The notes: generated from the sequence alone by a model not told the origin. Numbered from the stretch's first letter, positions 8,645-19,170 are shown. The stretch is DNA of 32,000 nucleotides from Polaromonas sp. (GCF_029945895.1 NZ_JAQSDL010000029.1:28260-60259), one strand, 5' to 3'. Made by a program: numbers and translations.

Positions 8645-10615
8645 TCAAACTTTTGCAAGCTTGCCCTGCAACTCGGCCACCGCCTCCGGGTTGACCAGCG
8701 AAGACAGGTCGCCCGGATTGTCGCCCCGGTACACGGCCCGCACGACGCGGCGCATGATTTTCATGTTGCGGGTCTTGGGCAGGTCGCTGACCAGCAGCAC
8801 CTGCCTGGGGCGGTAGGAGGCGCCCATGCCATGGACGACCGCCTGCGACAGTTCGGCCTGCAGCGCCGCGTCCGCCGCCACGCCGGGCATCGGCACGCAG
8901 ACGCAGACGATGGCCGAACCCTTGATCTCGTCGGGCACGCCGATCACCGCGGCCTCCGACACCTTGCCGGTGCCGGTGAGCAGGGTTTCGATCTCCGACG
9001 GGCCGGTGCGCTTGCCCGAGACCTTGATCGTGTCGTCGCTGCGCCCGAGGATGTAGAAAAGGCCGTCCTCGTCGCGCATCGCGAAGTCGCCATGCACCCA
9101 GACGCCGGGAATGGTGCGCCAGTAGCTGTCGAGGTAGCGTTCGTCGTCGCGCCACAGGCTTTTGGTGAAGCCGATGTTGGGGTTGCGCAGCACCAGCTCG
9201 CCGACCTGGCCCGCACCGACCGGCTGGCCGCTGTCATCGACAATGTCGACCCCGACACCGAGCCCGCGCGCGCCGAACGAGCCCGGCCGCAAGGGGTGGT
9301 GCAGGGTGCCGGTGAAATTGCAGCCGCCCACCTCGGTGCCGCCGACAATGTTGAGGAAGGGCAGACGTTCCTTGCAGACGTGCTTGAAGAACCAGCGCCA
9401 GGGCGCCTCGGTCCAGGCCTCGCCGCCGGAGCAGGTGATGCGCAGTGAGGACAGGTCGTAGCGCTCGACCTCTGCGTCGCCGTAGCGCATCAGGCTGCGG
9501 ATCAGCGTGGGCGCGACACCCAGGTAGGTGACTTTGTGGTCCTGCACCAGGCGCCAGAAGCGGCCCGTGTCGGGGTAGTCGGGCGTGCCCTCGGCCACCA
9601 GCAGGCTGCCGCCGAAATAGCTGGGAATGCAGGCGCACATGGCGCCCACCATCCAGCCCATGTCGCTCATGAAAAAGAAGCGGTCGCTCGGTTTGAAGTC
9701 GGCGCAGATGTGCATGTCGCGCGTGACCATCGAGCCCAGGAAGCTGACATGGGTCCAGACACAGCCCTTTGGCTTGCCGGTGGTGCCCGAGGTGTAGAGC
9801 AGCACGGCGGGCGCGTCGGCGGCCATCTCGGCGGTGGGCAGGTCGTCGGCTTGGCCGGCGACCAGGCTGGCCCAGTCGTGGTCGCGTCCCGGCGTCATCG
9901 GGCAGGGGGCCGCGTCGCCCAGGTGGCGCAGCACCACCACGTGCTGCACGCTGGGAACCTCGCGCAATGCTTCGTCCAGCACCGACTTCATGACGCCGGG
10001 GCTGCCGCGCCGCCAGGTGCCGTCCACCGTCAGCACCGCCTTGGCTTCGCCATCGTTCAGGCGGGCCACGATGGGCTGCGGCCCGAAGCCGGAAAACAGC
10101 GGCATCAACACGGCGCCGATCTTCAACACGGCAAAAAACGCGACAAAGGTCTCCGGCAGGTTGGGCAGGTACAGGCCGACCCGGTCGCCCTGGCCGATAC
10201 CCAGCGACTGCAAGGCCCCGGCCAGGCGACACACCTCGGCATCGAACTCGCGGTAGCTCAGGCTCCTGCGGTTTTTCGGGTCTTCGCCTTCCCAGACCAA
10301 AAATGTCTGCTCCCACACCGGCGTGCCGCGGTGCCGGTCCAGGCAGTTCAGCACGATGTTGGTGGTGCCGCCGACACACCAGCGCGCCCACTCGATGCCG
10401 CGCGAGGTGTCGAGCATCTGCGTGTAGGGCTGGTAAAAGCGGAAGTCGCAGAACTCGAAGACTTCCCGCATCAGCCAGGCCGGATCGGCATCGGCACGAG
10501 GGCTCAGGCTCTCGAAGCTGGATTCGCCTACTGTGTGCAGGAATGCCGTGAGGTTTGATTGCGCAATCAGTTCAGGGGTAGGCACCCAATCAAACGGTTG
10601 TTTGGTAGAATTCAT
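8645..10615 (-). CDS. Acetyl-CoA-synthetase-like AMP-forming acyl-CoA synthetase
   Basis: 656 aa. AMP-binding motif LLYTSGTTGKPKG. ACS-like N-terminal extension and C-terminal DLPKTRNMKIMRR. Confidence 0.85.
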   Translation of the reverse strand: MNSTKQPFDWVPTPELIAQSNLTAFLHTVGESSFESLSPRADADPAWLMREVFEFCDFRFYQPYTQMLDTSRGIEWARWCVGGTTNIVLNCLDRHRGTPVWEQTFLVWEGEDPKNRRSLSYREFDAEVCRLAGALQSLGIGQGDRVGLYLPNLPETFVAFFAVLKIGAVLMPLFSGFGPQPIVARLNDGEAKAVLTVDGTWRRGSPGVMKSVLDEALREVPSVQHVVVLRHLGDAAPCPMTPGRDHDWASLVAGQADDLPTAEMAADAPAVLLYTSGTTGKPKGCVWTHVSFLGSMVTRDMHICADFKPSDRFFFMSDMGWMVGAMCACIPSYFGGSLLVAEGTPDYPDTGRFWRLVQDHKVTYLGVAPTLIRSLMRYGDAEVERYDLSSLRITCSGGEAWTEAPWRWFFKHVCKERLPFLNIVGGTEVGGCNFTGTLHHPLRPGSFGARGLGVGVDIVDDSGQPVGAGQVGELVLRNPNIGFTKSLWRDDERYLDSYWRTIPGVWVHGDFAMRDEDGLFYILGRSDDTIKVSGKRTGPSEIETLLTGTGKVSEAAVIGVPDEIKGSAIVCVCVPMPGVAADAALQAELSQAVVHGMGASYRPRQVLLVSDLPKTRNMKIMRRVVRAVYRGDNPGDLSSLVNPEAVAELQGKLAKV

Positions 10616-10724
10616 GCCTGAATCCTATCCGAACGTCGTGTTGGAGTCCAGCGGCCCAGTCTCCGCGCATCGTTTCTTCTCCGTAACGCTACGCAGCCAG
10701 AAAGCACAGAAAGGCGGTCCATCC

Positions 10725-11396
10725 GTGCATGTCGATGAAGCGATCCGCAGCCGGAAATCGGTCAGGCGGTTTCTATCCACGTCAGTACCCACTTCGGTCG
10801 TGCAGCACATCCTGCGCGTGGCGGCGCGGGCTCCGAGTGGCAACAATGTGCAGCCGTGGAAAGTGTATGCGGTGGCGGGTGAGGCCCGGCAGCGCCTGTG
10901 TGATGCCTTCATCGAGGCGGCTACGCACGAACCTGACCGGCATCAGCCCGAGTACGCGTATTACCCCACGACCTGGGTCGAGCCCTATCTGGAGCGCCGG
11001 CGTCGCTGCGGCTTCGGTCTGTATGCAACCCTGGGCATAGCCCGCAATGATGCGGCGGCGCGTGAGCACCAGATGCTGCGCAACTACACGTTCTTCGACG
11101 CGCCAGTGGGCCTGCTCGTCACGCTCGACCGCCGCCTGAACACCGGCAGCTTCATGGATCTGGGCATGTTCATCCAGAACATTCTGGTGGCCGCCCGCGC
11201 GCAGGGCCTGCACACCTGTGCGCAGGCGGCGTTTGCCTGGTACCACAATGTGGCGCGTGCTCAACTGCCTATCAGCGACCATGAAATTCTTGCCTGCGGC
11301 ATCGCCCTCGGGCACGAGGATCTGTCGGCCCCGGAGAACGCTTTCATCACCGAGCGTGCCGAGGTGGAGGCATTCGCCAGCTTTCACGGTTTCTGA
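10725..11396 (+). CDS. Nitroreductase family protein
   Basis: IRSRKSVRRF, RAPSGNNVQPWK. GTG 10725 is preferred because ATG 10614 would overlap the divergent ACS start codon. Confidence 0.75.
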   Translation: MHVDEAIRSRKSVRRFLSTSVPTSVVQHILRVAARAPSGNNVQPWKVYAVAGEARQRLCDAFIEAATHEPDRHQPEYAYYPTTWVEPYLERRRRCGFGLYATLGIARNDAAAREHQMLRNYTFFDAPVGLLVTLDRRLNTGSFMDLGMFIQNILVAARAQGLHTCAQAAFAWYHNVARAQLPISDHEILACGIALGHEDLSAPENAFITERAEVEAFASFHGF

Positions 11397-11473
11397 TTCC
11401 GCTTGCCGGGATTGCGCGCCAGCGGATGCGTCTTCCCTCTGCTCGGCAATACATTAAAAAGAGGAGACTGATC

Positions 11474-13111
11474 ATGATTCTGCACAGCACAGAGGCTTTG
11501 AAGCGCTACACCGAAAGCGGTCACTGGGGACGACGTACCCTGCTCGATTTGCTGCGCGAGACGGCGGCCAAGGCGCCGGAGCGGCCAGCCGTGGTCGACC
11601 CGGCGGATCGGCCGGATCTCACCGGCACAGCGGCACAGAGCCTGAGTTATCGGGAGTTGTCGGCAGCGGTCGAGGCCATCGCGACCGGGCTGCTGGACAT
11701 GGGCTTGCGCAAGGACGAGATCGTCGTCGTGCAATTGCCCAACGTCTGGGAACTGGTGGCCATGTTTCTCGCGGTCAGCCGTGCCGGGGGCGTGCTTTCG
11801 CCGATGCCGATTCAATGGCGCGACAATGAGTTCCAGAACGTCAAGAAACTCACCGAGGCGCGCTTCTTTTTCGGGATGCGCGATTTCAAGGGCGCCGACC
11901 AACTGGCCATCGCCGAGAAAACCGGCTTTGTCGCGCTGCCGATCGAGCGCATCGCCGAGATGGCGCGCGGTGCGGCTGACATCGCCCGGCTCGACGCCAT
12001 CGACGTCGACGCCAACGACATTTTCAGCCTGTGCTGGTCGTCCGGCACCGAAGCCCTTTCCAAGGCTTGCCCGATGTCGCACAATAACTGGCTCTTCCAG
12101 ATGAGCCTGATCCCGCAGACCGCCGGGCTGCACGAAGGGGACCGGGTGCTGGCGACCGCGCCGGTGGTCAACATGACCGGCGTGGCGACCTGGCTGGCCT
12201 CGCTGGCCATCGGGGGCACGACGCTCCTGCATCACCCGCTGAACATGCCGCTGCTGCTCAAGCAGTTGATGCACGACCAGGTCCACTTCACCCTGCTGGT
12301 GCCGGCCCTGCTGAACATGATTCTCAAGCTGCCCAACGTCGACCAGCTCGACTTTTCCGGCGTGCGTTGCATCGCCTCGGGTTCGGCGCAACCCTCGCGC
12401 TGGAGCATGGAGGAGTTCAAGCGGCGCTGGAACATCGAAATCCTGCATGCCTGGGGGCAGACCGAAGGCACCGCGGTGTTTGCTGGCGCGCGGGACGTGC
12501 CCGACTTCGCCAAGCGGGCCGATCACTTTCCGTGGTGGGGTCTTCCGGACGTTGCGTGGCCCTCGGGCATACGCGGTGTCGAGATGAAGCTGCTCGACGA
12601 GGCCGACGCCGAATGCACGCAGCCGGGCCAGGTGGGCGAGCTGGTCTACCGCGGGCCCAACGTGTTTGCCGGCTACTACCGGCGGCCGGACCTGGCGAAA
12701 AGCACGTTCACGCCTGACGGTTTTTGCCGCACCGGGGACTTCTTCATCGTGCGCGACGCGCACCACATCGGGTTTTTCGACCGCAAGAAGGACATCATCA
12801 TTCGCGGTGGCTACAACGTCAGCGCCGCCGAGGTCGAGAACCTGGTGCTGACCCATCCCGGCGTGCAGGAGGTGGCGGCGGTGGCGGTGCCCGACGAGAT
12901 CATGGGCGAAAAGACCTGTATCTACGTCGTGCCCAAGGACAAGGCGCAGCCGCCGACGCTGGAGGATATTGTCGGCCACCTGAAGCAGATCGGCGTGGCG
13001 GCCTACAAGTTGCCCGAACACATCGAGTACCTTGACACCATCCCGCGCAACCCGGTGGGAAAGATTTTGAAGGCGCAGCTGCGACAACGTGTGCGTTCAG
13101 CGGCCGCCTGA
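11474..13111 (+). CDS. AMP-dependent acyl-CoA synthetase/ligase
   Basis: GAGGAG RBS precedes ATG 11474. AMP-binding family motifs (WSSGTEA, GQTEG, YRTGD-like CRTGD, KDIIIRGGYNV). Confidence 0.85.
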   Translation: MILHSTEALKRYTESGHWGRRTLLDLLRETAAKAPERPAVVDPADRPDLTGTAAQSLSYRELSAAVEAIATGLLDMGLRKDEIVVVQLPNVWELVAMFLAVSRAGGVLSPMPIQWRDNEFQNVKKLTEARFFFGMRDFKGADQLAIAEKTGFVALPIERIAEMARGAADIARLDAIDVDANDIFSLCWSSGTEALSKACPMSHNNWLFQMSLIPQTAGLHEGDRVLATAPVVNMTGVATWLASLAIGGTTLLHHPLNMPLLLKQLMHDQVHFTLLVPALLNMILKLPNVDQLDFSGVRCIASGSAQPSRWSMEEFKRRWNIEILHAWGQTEGTAVFAGARDVPDFAKRADHFPWWGLPDVAWPSGIRGVEMKLLDEADAECTQPGQVGELVYRGPNVFAGYYRRPDLAKSTFTPDGFCRTGDFFIVRDAHHIGFFDRKKDIIIRGGYNVSAAEVENLVLTHPGVQEVAAVAVPDEIMGEKTCIYVVPKDKAQPPTLEDIVGHLKQIGVAAYKLPEHIEYLDTIPRNPVGKILKAQLRQRVRSAAA

Positions 13112-13137
13112 ACCAACCCCAACCCCTGAACCCTGTT

Positions 13138-14340
13138 ATGGCAAACATCAAATCCGCCCCCTCGACACATACGCTTCGGGGTAAAACAGCGATCATCGGC
13201 GCAGGCATTTCGGCCGTCGGCCGCGTGCCGGGCAAGAGCGCGCTCGCACTGGCCGCCGACGCGGCAGGCAAGGCGCTGGCCGACGCCGGCATCGGCAAGC
13301 ACCAGATCGATGGCGTGCTCTCAAGCTCCGCCTTTGCCTCTCCGTTCCACCGCTTCAGCGTGGCCTTCAGCGAGTACCTGGGCATCGAGCCCACGTTCTC
13401 CAACACGCTGCAGGTCTCGGGCGCCACCGCGGCGACCCTGTTCAACATCGCCGCCGCGGCCATCGCCGGCGGCCTGGCCGAGACCATTCTGGTGGTGGGC
13501 GGCGACAGCCTGCTGACCGGCCTGTCGCCCGACCTGGCCCTGCGCTCGATGACCGAAAGCCGGGATCAGCAATACGAAATGCCCTTCGGCATTCCGGTGG
13601 CCAACACCTTCGCCATGACCGCGCATCGGCACATGAAAGAGTTCGGCACCACGGCTGAGCAGTTCGCCCAGGTGGCGGTGATCCACCGCGACCATGCGCG
13701 GCGCACGCCGGGCGCGCAGATGACCGCGCCACTCACGGTCGACGACGTGCTGAACTCCGGCCTGGTGACAACCCCTTACCACAAGCTCGACTGCTCGCTC
13801 ATCTCCGACGGCGGCGCGGCCTTCATCGTCACCTCGTCCGAGCGCGCCAGGGCACTGGGCATTGCCAAGCCGATCTACATCCTGGGCGGCGGCGAATGCT
13901 ACACGCACGAGCACATCTTCCTGATGCCTTCGCTGACCACCACCGGCGCGGTGCAGTCGAGTGCCAAGGCCTACGCCATGGCCGGTTGCGGGCCGAAGGA
14001 CATCGATGTGGCCGGGGTCTATGACTGCTTCACCGGCACGGTGATCATGATGCTGGAGGACCTGGGCTTTTGCCCCAAGGGGGAAGGCGGGCGCTTCGTC
14101 CAGGACGGCCAGATCACCTACGGCGGCGCCATTCCCTGCAACACCCATGGCGGCCTGCTGTCGTTCGCGCACTCGGGCATGCCGGGGGCGCTGTTTCATT
14201 TCTACGAGGTCGTCAACCAGTTGCGCGGAAGCTGCGGTGAACGCCAGGTTGCGGGCGCTGAACTCGGCCTGGTGCACAGCCTGGGTGCGGGCTTCGCGAC
14301 CAACGCCACCACCATCCTGGGAACGGAGGCCGCGCTGTGA
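13138..14340 (+). CDS. Thiolase-superfamily protein, SCP-x/lipid-transfer type, lacking the nucleophilic Cys
   Basis: SCP2-thiolase-like motifs YDCFT and NTHGGLLSFAHSG. No Cys anywhere in the N-terminal ~200 aa; QVSGATAATLF occupies the position of the N-x-x-C-A-T-G nucleophile motif. Confidence 0.8.
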   Translation: MANIKSAPSTHTLRGKTAIIGAGISAVGRVPGKSALALAADAAGKALADAGIGKHQIDGVLSSSAFASPFHRFSVAFSEYLGIEPTFSNTLQVSGATAATLFNIAAAAIAGGLAETILVVGGDSLLTGLSPDLALRSMTESRDQQYEMPFGIPVANTFAMTAHRHMKEFGTTAEQFAQVAVIHRDHARRTPGAQMTAPLTVDDVLNSGLVTTPYHKLDCSLISDGGAAFIVTSSERARALGIAKPIYILGGGECYTHEHIFLMPSLTTTGAVQSSAKAYAMAGCGPKDIDVAGVYDCFTGTVIMMLEDLGFCPKGEGGRFVQDGQITYGGAIPCNTHGGLLSFAHSGMPGALFHFYEVVNQLRGSCGERQVAGAELGLVHSLGAGFATNATTILGTEAAL

Positions 14341-14768
14341 TCAACCCGAAAGACGCTCACCTCAAGCCGCAGCCCATGCCGGATGCGGATTCGGAAGTTT
14401 ATTGGCGCGGCATTCAGGAAGGCAAGTTGCTGCTGCAGCACTGCCTCGATTGCGGCCATGTGCAGCTCTACCAGCAGGCGATCTGCCGCGCGTGCGGCAG
14501 CGAACAGCTGGAGCACCGCGCCGCCAGCGGTCGCGCCAAGGTGCATTCGTTCAGCGTGGTGCATCGGGCGCCCGGCCCGGCCTTCAAGCAGGACACGCCT
14601 TATGCCGTGCTGCTGGTTGAGCTCGAAGAAGGCCCGCGGATGATCAGCTCCTTCGTCGGCGCGGACCCTGCGGTGGTCACCTTCGACATGGCGGTCGAGC
14701 TGGTTTGCGAGCCTGTCGGTGGCGGTGTGTCGCTGCCGCGATTCCGGGCGGCCGGACTTCAAGCGTGA
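14337..14768 (+). CDS. DUF35 OB-fold / zinc-ribbon protein (thiolase partner)
   Basis: Zn-ribbon CLDCGHVQLYQQAICRACGS followed by an OB-fold-like segment. GTG start overlaps the upstream stop (GTGA). Confidence 0.8.
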   Translation: MINPKDAHLKPQPMPDADSEVYWRGIQEGKLLLQHCLDCGHVQLYQQAICRACGSEQLEHRAASGRAKVHSFSVVHRAPGPAFKQDTPYAVLLVELEEGPRMISSFVGADPAVVTFDMAVELVCEPVGGGVSLPRFRAAGLQA

Positions 14769-14805
14769 AACAGCGTCTTCGTGCGCCTTCTGAGTGTCTG
14801 AAGGC

Positions 14806-17481
14806 ATGACCCAACCCAAAGCGAGATTTCGTTGGCCCCATTTCGCTGCGTCGTCCTCCCAGGCGGTAGTCGAGGGGGGCCCCCCTGACCTGACGACGGC
14901 CACGGTTGCGCGGCGGGCGATTGCGCCCTTGTCCATGCGTGATCGGATCGTGGCCATCGTTGCGCCGGCCGGCTATGGCAAGACGACATTGATGGGAGGA
15001 TGGTTTCGCGCTTGCAAAGACGCCGACCCCGTGTGGGTGGGGCTCGACGCTTCCTGGCGCGACCAGGTGTTCTTTGTGCGCTCTTTGTTGAATGCAGTCG
15101 GAGGTCCGTCGGAGCCTGTCGCGATGGGTGCCATCGACGCGACGGCGGCGGTCGAGAGCGGCTTGCTGGCGTTGTTGCAGGCCCTTGGCCAACGTCGTCG
15201 TCCCATGGTGCTGTTCTTCGACGATGTGCATGTGTTGCGTGGCAGCGAGAGCGCTCACACCCTGAGCCGTCTGTTGGTGGCGGCACCCGACTACTTGAGG
15301 TTCGTCGTTTGCGGCCGCGAAGGGATGGATTTCGATCTGGCCGTGCTGACCGCGCGCGGGCTGGTACGCTGGGTGACACAGCACGAGCTGAAGCTCGACG
15401 CGCAGGATGTGCGGGAACTGGTGCGGCGGCGCCGCCTGTCGGCCGGTGACGAAGAGGTTGAGCATATCGTCGGGATCACCGAGGGTTGGCCGGCATTGGT
15501 ACAGCTTGCCCTCGCCAGCGGCGAGGGCGTACAGGAGGCCGCCGGGGGCAGCAGTAACTTGCTAATGGACAGCTTCGTTTACGAGAGCTTCTTCAAGGGC
15601 CTCGCGCCGGCCCGACGGCAGGCGCTGTTCGTGATGGCCGCCATTGGCGACTTCACGCTGCCGCTGCTGGTCGCGCTCGATGCGCCCGAGGGGGCGGAGG
15701 CGATCGCCGAAGGCGAGCAACTGGGCATCGTGCAGCGTCGGGGACGCGTGGCTGGCGAGCCGTTCTACGCCTTGCATGCGCTGGTGGCGGAGCGCGCACT
15801 GACGCGATTGGCCGACATGGGGCTGAGGCCTGTGTTTGTGCGCATACTGCGAACGCGTTGTGCGCAATGGTGGCATGCCCGGGGCGAGGTCTACCGTGCG
15901 ATCCGCGTGGCCCTGGAAGGTGATGACGCAAGGCTGGCGTCGGCTTATCTGACCGGCTACGCGCGTCAACTGGTGCAGGGCGAGGGCCGGCACGAGACCT
16001 TCCTGGACCTGCTCGCGCAATTGGAATCACGCGGCGTGGAGCCAGACTGCGCGCTGATGTTGCAAGCGGTGTGGGCGCTGGTGTTTTTGCGCCGCTATGC
16101 CGAGGCGGCAGCGTGGCTGACGCGCATTGAGCGGGCTTGTGGCAAGGGACAATCAGCCGGCGTTCGCTTGATCCTGCATACGACCGTCCTTCAGCGCGGC
16201 GTGATCGCCGGCCTGCGTGATAACGAGGCCGATGCCGAGGTCTTTGTGCGCCGGTGGCTGGCAGGGCCACCCGATCCGGACCCATTCCACTATGGAGCCG
16301 CACAAACGGTGCTGGCCTATGCGCACAAATGCAATGGACGCTTCGCCGAGGCTGCCCAGTCCTTGCGCGAGGCGCAAGTGAAGTTCGAGGAGGCTCCTTC
16401 ACCTTACGGCCACATGTGGGTGCGGGTGATCTCGGCCGCCTCGCTGCTCAAGGCGGGGCGGCATCGTGATGCCCTGGCAGACAGCGCCTCGGCGCTGGCC
16501 GAAGAGCCAGCTTTCGCTCCCGGCGCCGCGGGCCTGGCGGCCATGCTGCGCGCGATCCGCGCGTTGCTGCTGTATGAACGCAACCAGTGCACTGACGCGA
16601 TGGTGGAAGTGGAAGCGGCACTGCCACTGCTGCCGCACCAGGGCATTGTCGATGCGATGGTCGCGGGCTACGTGGCGGCGTCACGTCTGCAGGCGGCGCG
16701 GGGCGACATATCCGGTGCGCTCGATGCGGCGGCGGAGGGCGAGCGCGTGGGACTGGCGCGCGGCTTCGTGCGCCTGCAGCTCACGATGGTGGCCGAACGT
16801 GCGCTGCTGCTGTTGCGCGCCGGCGACGTCGAGGCGGCGCGACAAATGGCCAACGATAATGGGTTGCTGCCGCAAGGACCGCAGACCAATCTGCACAGAG
16901 ACAAGGCCGAGCGCCTCTGGGCCCGCCTCGATCTCGCGCAGGGGCGGCCCGATCTCGCTCTGCAATGGGTCGATTCCGGCATCGCCAGGGCGCGACGCAG
17001 CCACCAGCAGCACAAGCTGGCCGAGTTGTTGATGCTGCGCTCACTGGCGTTGGTGCGAACAGGAGATGCCGAGGGTGGGCACGACGCGGTGATGGAAAGC
17101 CTTCGCATCGCGGCATCGAACGGCTACGTGCGCCTGTACCTTGACGAAGGCCCCGAGTTGGAGAGCCTTTTGCGCCGCGTGGCTGACAAGCCGCAGAGTC
17201 CCACGCCGGCGTTTTTATACGCGCGAACGCTGCTGCTTGCCGCGGGCGCTGCATCTGCACGTCAGGATGCGGCGCCCGCGGACCAGGAGCGACCAACCGA
17301 GCGCGAACTGCAGATCCTTCGCCTGCTGGCAGATGGCCTGTCCAATGGCGAAGTGGCGGGTCGGCTTGTGTTGACCGAGGGCACGGTGAAATGGCATCTT
17401 CACAACATCTACGCGAAGCTGGGCGTGAAAAATCGCACGGGTGCTTTGCGCGAAGCTCGCACTCGGGCCTGGCTAGTTTGA
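14806..17481 (+). CDS. Large ATP-binding LuxR-family regulator (MalT/AlkS-like, LAL class)
   Basis: Walker A GYGKTTL (14971-14988), long helical-repeat middle region, C-terminal LuxR HTH (ERELQILRLLADGLSNGEVAGRLVLTEGTVKWHLHNIYAKLGV). Confidence 0.88.
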   Translation: MTQPKARFRWPHFAASSSQAVVEGGPPDLTTATVARRAIAPLSMRDRIVAIVAPAGYGKTTLMGGWFRACKDADPVWVGLDASWRDQVFFVRSLLNAVGGPSEPVAMGAIDATAAVESGLLALLQALGQRRRPMVLFFDDVHVLRGSESAHTLSRLLVAAPDYLRFVVCGREGMDFDLAVLTARGLVRWVTQHELKLDAQDVRELVRRRRLSAGDEEVEHIVGITEGWPALVQLALASGEGVQEAAGGSSNLLMDSFVYESFFKGLAPARRQALFVMAAIGDFTLPLLVALDAPEGAEAIAEGEQLGIVQRRGRVAGEPFYALHALVAERALTRLADMGLRPVFVRILRTRCAQWWHARGEVYRAIRVALEGDDARLASAYLTGYARQLVQGEGRHETFLDLLAQLESRGVEPDCALMLQAVWALVFLRRYAEAAAWLTRIERACGKGQSAGVRLILHTTVLQRGVIAGLRDNEADAEVFVRRWLAGPPDPDPFHYGAAQTVLAYAHKCNGRFAEAAQSLREAQVKFEEAPSPYGHMWVRVISAASLLKAGRHRDALADSASALAEEPAFAPGAAGLAAMLRAIRALLLYERNQCTDAMVEVEAALPLLPHQGIVDAMVAGYVAASRLQAARGDISGALDAAAEGERVGLARGFVRLQLTMVAERALLLLRAGDVEAARQMANDNGLLPQGPQTNLHRDKAERLWARLDLAQGRPDLALQWVDSGIARARRSHQQHKLAELLMLRSLALVRTGDAEGGHDAVMESLRIAASNGYVRLYLDEGPELESLLRRVADKPQSPTPAFLYARTLLLAAGAASARQDAAPADQERPTERELQILRLLADGLSNGEVAGRLVLTEGTVKWHLHNIYAKLGVKNRTGALREARTRAWLV

Positions 17482-17492
17482 TGGGGCTTGCT

Positions 17493-17525
17493 TTTGCGGC
17501 ATTCATTGAATATGTTTACCGCAAA
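17493..17525. terminator. Weak hairpin TTTGCGG-N19-CCGCAAA between convergent regulator and ligase genes
   Basis: 7-bp inverted repeat read from the sequence. The large loop makes it a poor intrinsic terminator. Confidence 0.2.
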
Positions 17526-17529
17526 TCTT

Positions 17530-19170
17530 TTAGACCCCCGGCAGCCGGTGGTCCTTGAACTGCTCACGCAACTGGTTCTTCAGCATCTTGCCAGTGGCGC
17601 CGATGGGGATGGCCTCGACGAACACCACGTCGTCAGGCACCCACCAGGAGGCGACCTTGCCTTTGTAGTGTTCAATCAGCGCTTCGCGGGTGACCTCCGC
17701 GCCCGGCTTGCGCACTACCACCAGCAAGGGCCGTTCATCCCATTTCGGGTGCGGCACGGCGATGGCCGCTGCCATCGCCACCGCCGGGTGCGCCATGGCG
17801 ACGTTTTCCAGGTCGATCGAGCCGATCCACTCGCCGCCGGACTTGATCACGTCCTTGCTGCGATCCGTGATCTGCATGTAGCCGTCGGCGTCGATCGTGG
17901 CCACGTCGCCGGTGGGGAACCACTGCGCGCCGGTCGTGTCGCTCACCAGGGGTTTGGCGCCATCAGGGCCGAAGTAGCTCTGGACTACCCAAGGGCCACG
18001 CACCAGCAGATCGCCCGGCGTCTTGCCGTCCCAGGGGACGTCGGCCCCCTGCGGATCGACGATGCGCATGTCCACGCCGAACACGACCTTGCCTTGCTTG
18101 GCGAGCAGCGCATGCTGTTCGTCCAGTGGCAGGGACAGGTGTTTCTGCTTCAGCCGGCTGACCGTGCCCAGGGGCGACATCTCCGTCATGCCCCAGGCGT
18201 GGATGACTTCAATGCCATGGTTATCTTCAAAGGCTCGCATCATGCTTGGCGGCACGGCCGAGCCACCGATGATGGTGCGCTTCAAGGGGGCGAGGCTGAG
18301 CGCGTTCTGCTCGGCGTGCTGGAGCATGCCGAGCCAGATCGTGGGCACGCCGGCCGCAAACGACACCTGCTCGGTGGTAATCAGCTCGTGCAGCGACTTG
18401 CCGTCCAGCGCGGCCCCCGGCAGCACCAGCTTGGCGCCGACCATCGCGCAACTGTAGGGCAGGCCCCAGGCATTGGCGTGAAACATCGGCACCACCGGCA
18501 TCACGCAGTCGCGCGATGAGATGGAGATCGCGTCCGGCATGAGCGAGGCATAGGTGTGCAGCATCGTCGAGCGATGGCTGTAGAGAACGCCCTTGGGGTT
18601 GCCGGTGGTACCCGAGGTGTAGCACAGCGACGAGGCGGTGTTCTCGTCGAAAGTGGGCCATGCGAAGTCGGGCTTGTGCGCCGAGATCAGGTCTTCGTAG
18701 CACAGCAGATTGGACAACTTGCTCGCCGGCATCTTGTCCTTGTCGATCATCGCGACAAAGTGACGTACCGTCTTGCAGCGCCCCGCCACGGCCTCGACCA
18801 GGGGCAGGAAGGTCAGGTCAAAGAACAGCACCTGATCCTCGGCATGGTCGAGGATGTAGAGCAACTGGTCCGGGTGCAGGCGCGGGTTGAGGGTGTGCAG
18901 CACCGAACCGCTGCCGGAGGCGGCGAAATACAGTTCCAGGTGCCGGTAGCCGTTCCAGGCCAGCGTGGCGACGCGCTGCGAAGCTTTCACACCGAGATTG
19001 CCGAGCGCATGGGCCATCTGGCGCGCGCGGTCGTGCAATTGCGCATAGGTGATGCGGTGGATGTCGCCTTCGACGCGGCGCGAGACGATGGGCACATCGC
19101 CGCTATGGCGTGCCGCATGGGTGATGAGTGAGGAAATGAGCAGGGGGGCGCTCATCATTTGACCGTTCAT
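17530..19170 (-). CDS. Medium/long-chain fatty-acid--CoA ligase (AlkK-like)
   Basis: AAGGAG RBS precedes ATG 19170. [39 protein letters not shown]. Last gene of the minus-strand ALDH-GMC-ligase operon. Confidence 0.88.
   Translation of the reverse strand: MNGQMMSAPLLISSLITHAARHSGDVPIVSRRVEGDIHRITYAQLHDRARQMAHALGNLGVKASQRVATLAWNGYRHLELYFAASGSGSVLHTLNPRLHPDQLLYILDHAEDQVLFFDLTFLPLVEAVAGRCKTVRHFVAMIDKDKMPASKLSNLLCYEDLISAHKPDFAWPTFDENTASSLCYTSGTTGNPKGVLYSHRSTMLHTYASLMPDAISISSRDCVMPVVPMFHANAWGLPYSCAMVGAKLVLPGAALDGKSLHELITTEQVSFAAGVPTIWLGMLQHAEQNALSLAPLKRTIIGGSAVPPSMMRAFEDNHGIEVIHAWGMTEMSPLGTVSRLKQKHLSLPLDEQHALLAKQGKVVFGVDMRIVDPQGADVPWDGKTPGDLLVRGPWVVQSYFGPDGAKPLVSDTTGAQWFPTGDVATIDADGYMQITDRSKDVIKSGGEWIGSIDLENVAMAHPAVAMAAAIAVPHPKWDERPLLVVVRKPGAEVTREALIEHYKGKVASWWVPDDVVFVEAIPIGATGKMLKNQLREQFKDHRLPGV

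Noticed and set aside
10533-10724. Longer starts (10533 or ATG 10614) for the nitroreductase
   Set aside because: They would overlap the divergent ACS start codon at 10615 and add an unconserved leader. Family homology begins just after GTG 10725. ATG 10614 remains possible.
11384-13087. 567-aa ORF on the minus strand
   Set aside because: Antisense shadow of the 11474-13111 ligase gene in high-GC DNA. The translation is low-complexity (R/G/H/P/A-rich) with no motifs, while the plus strand carries AMP-binding signatures.
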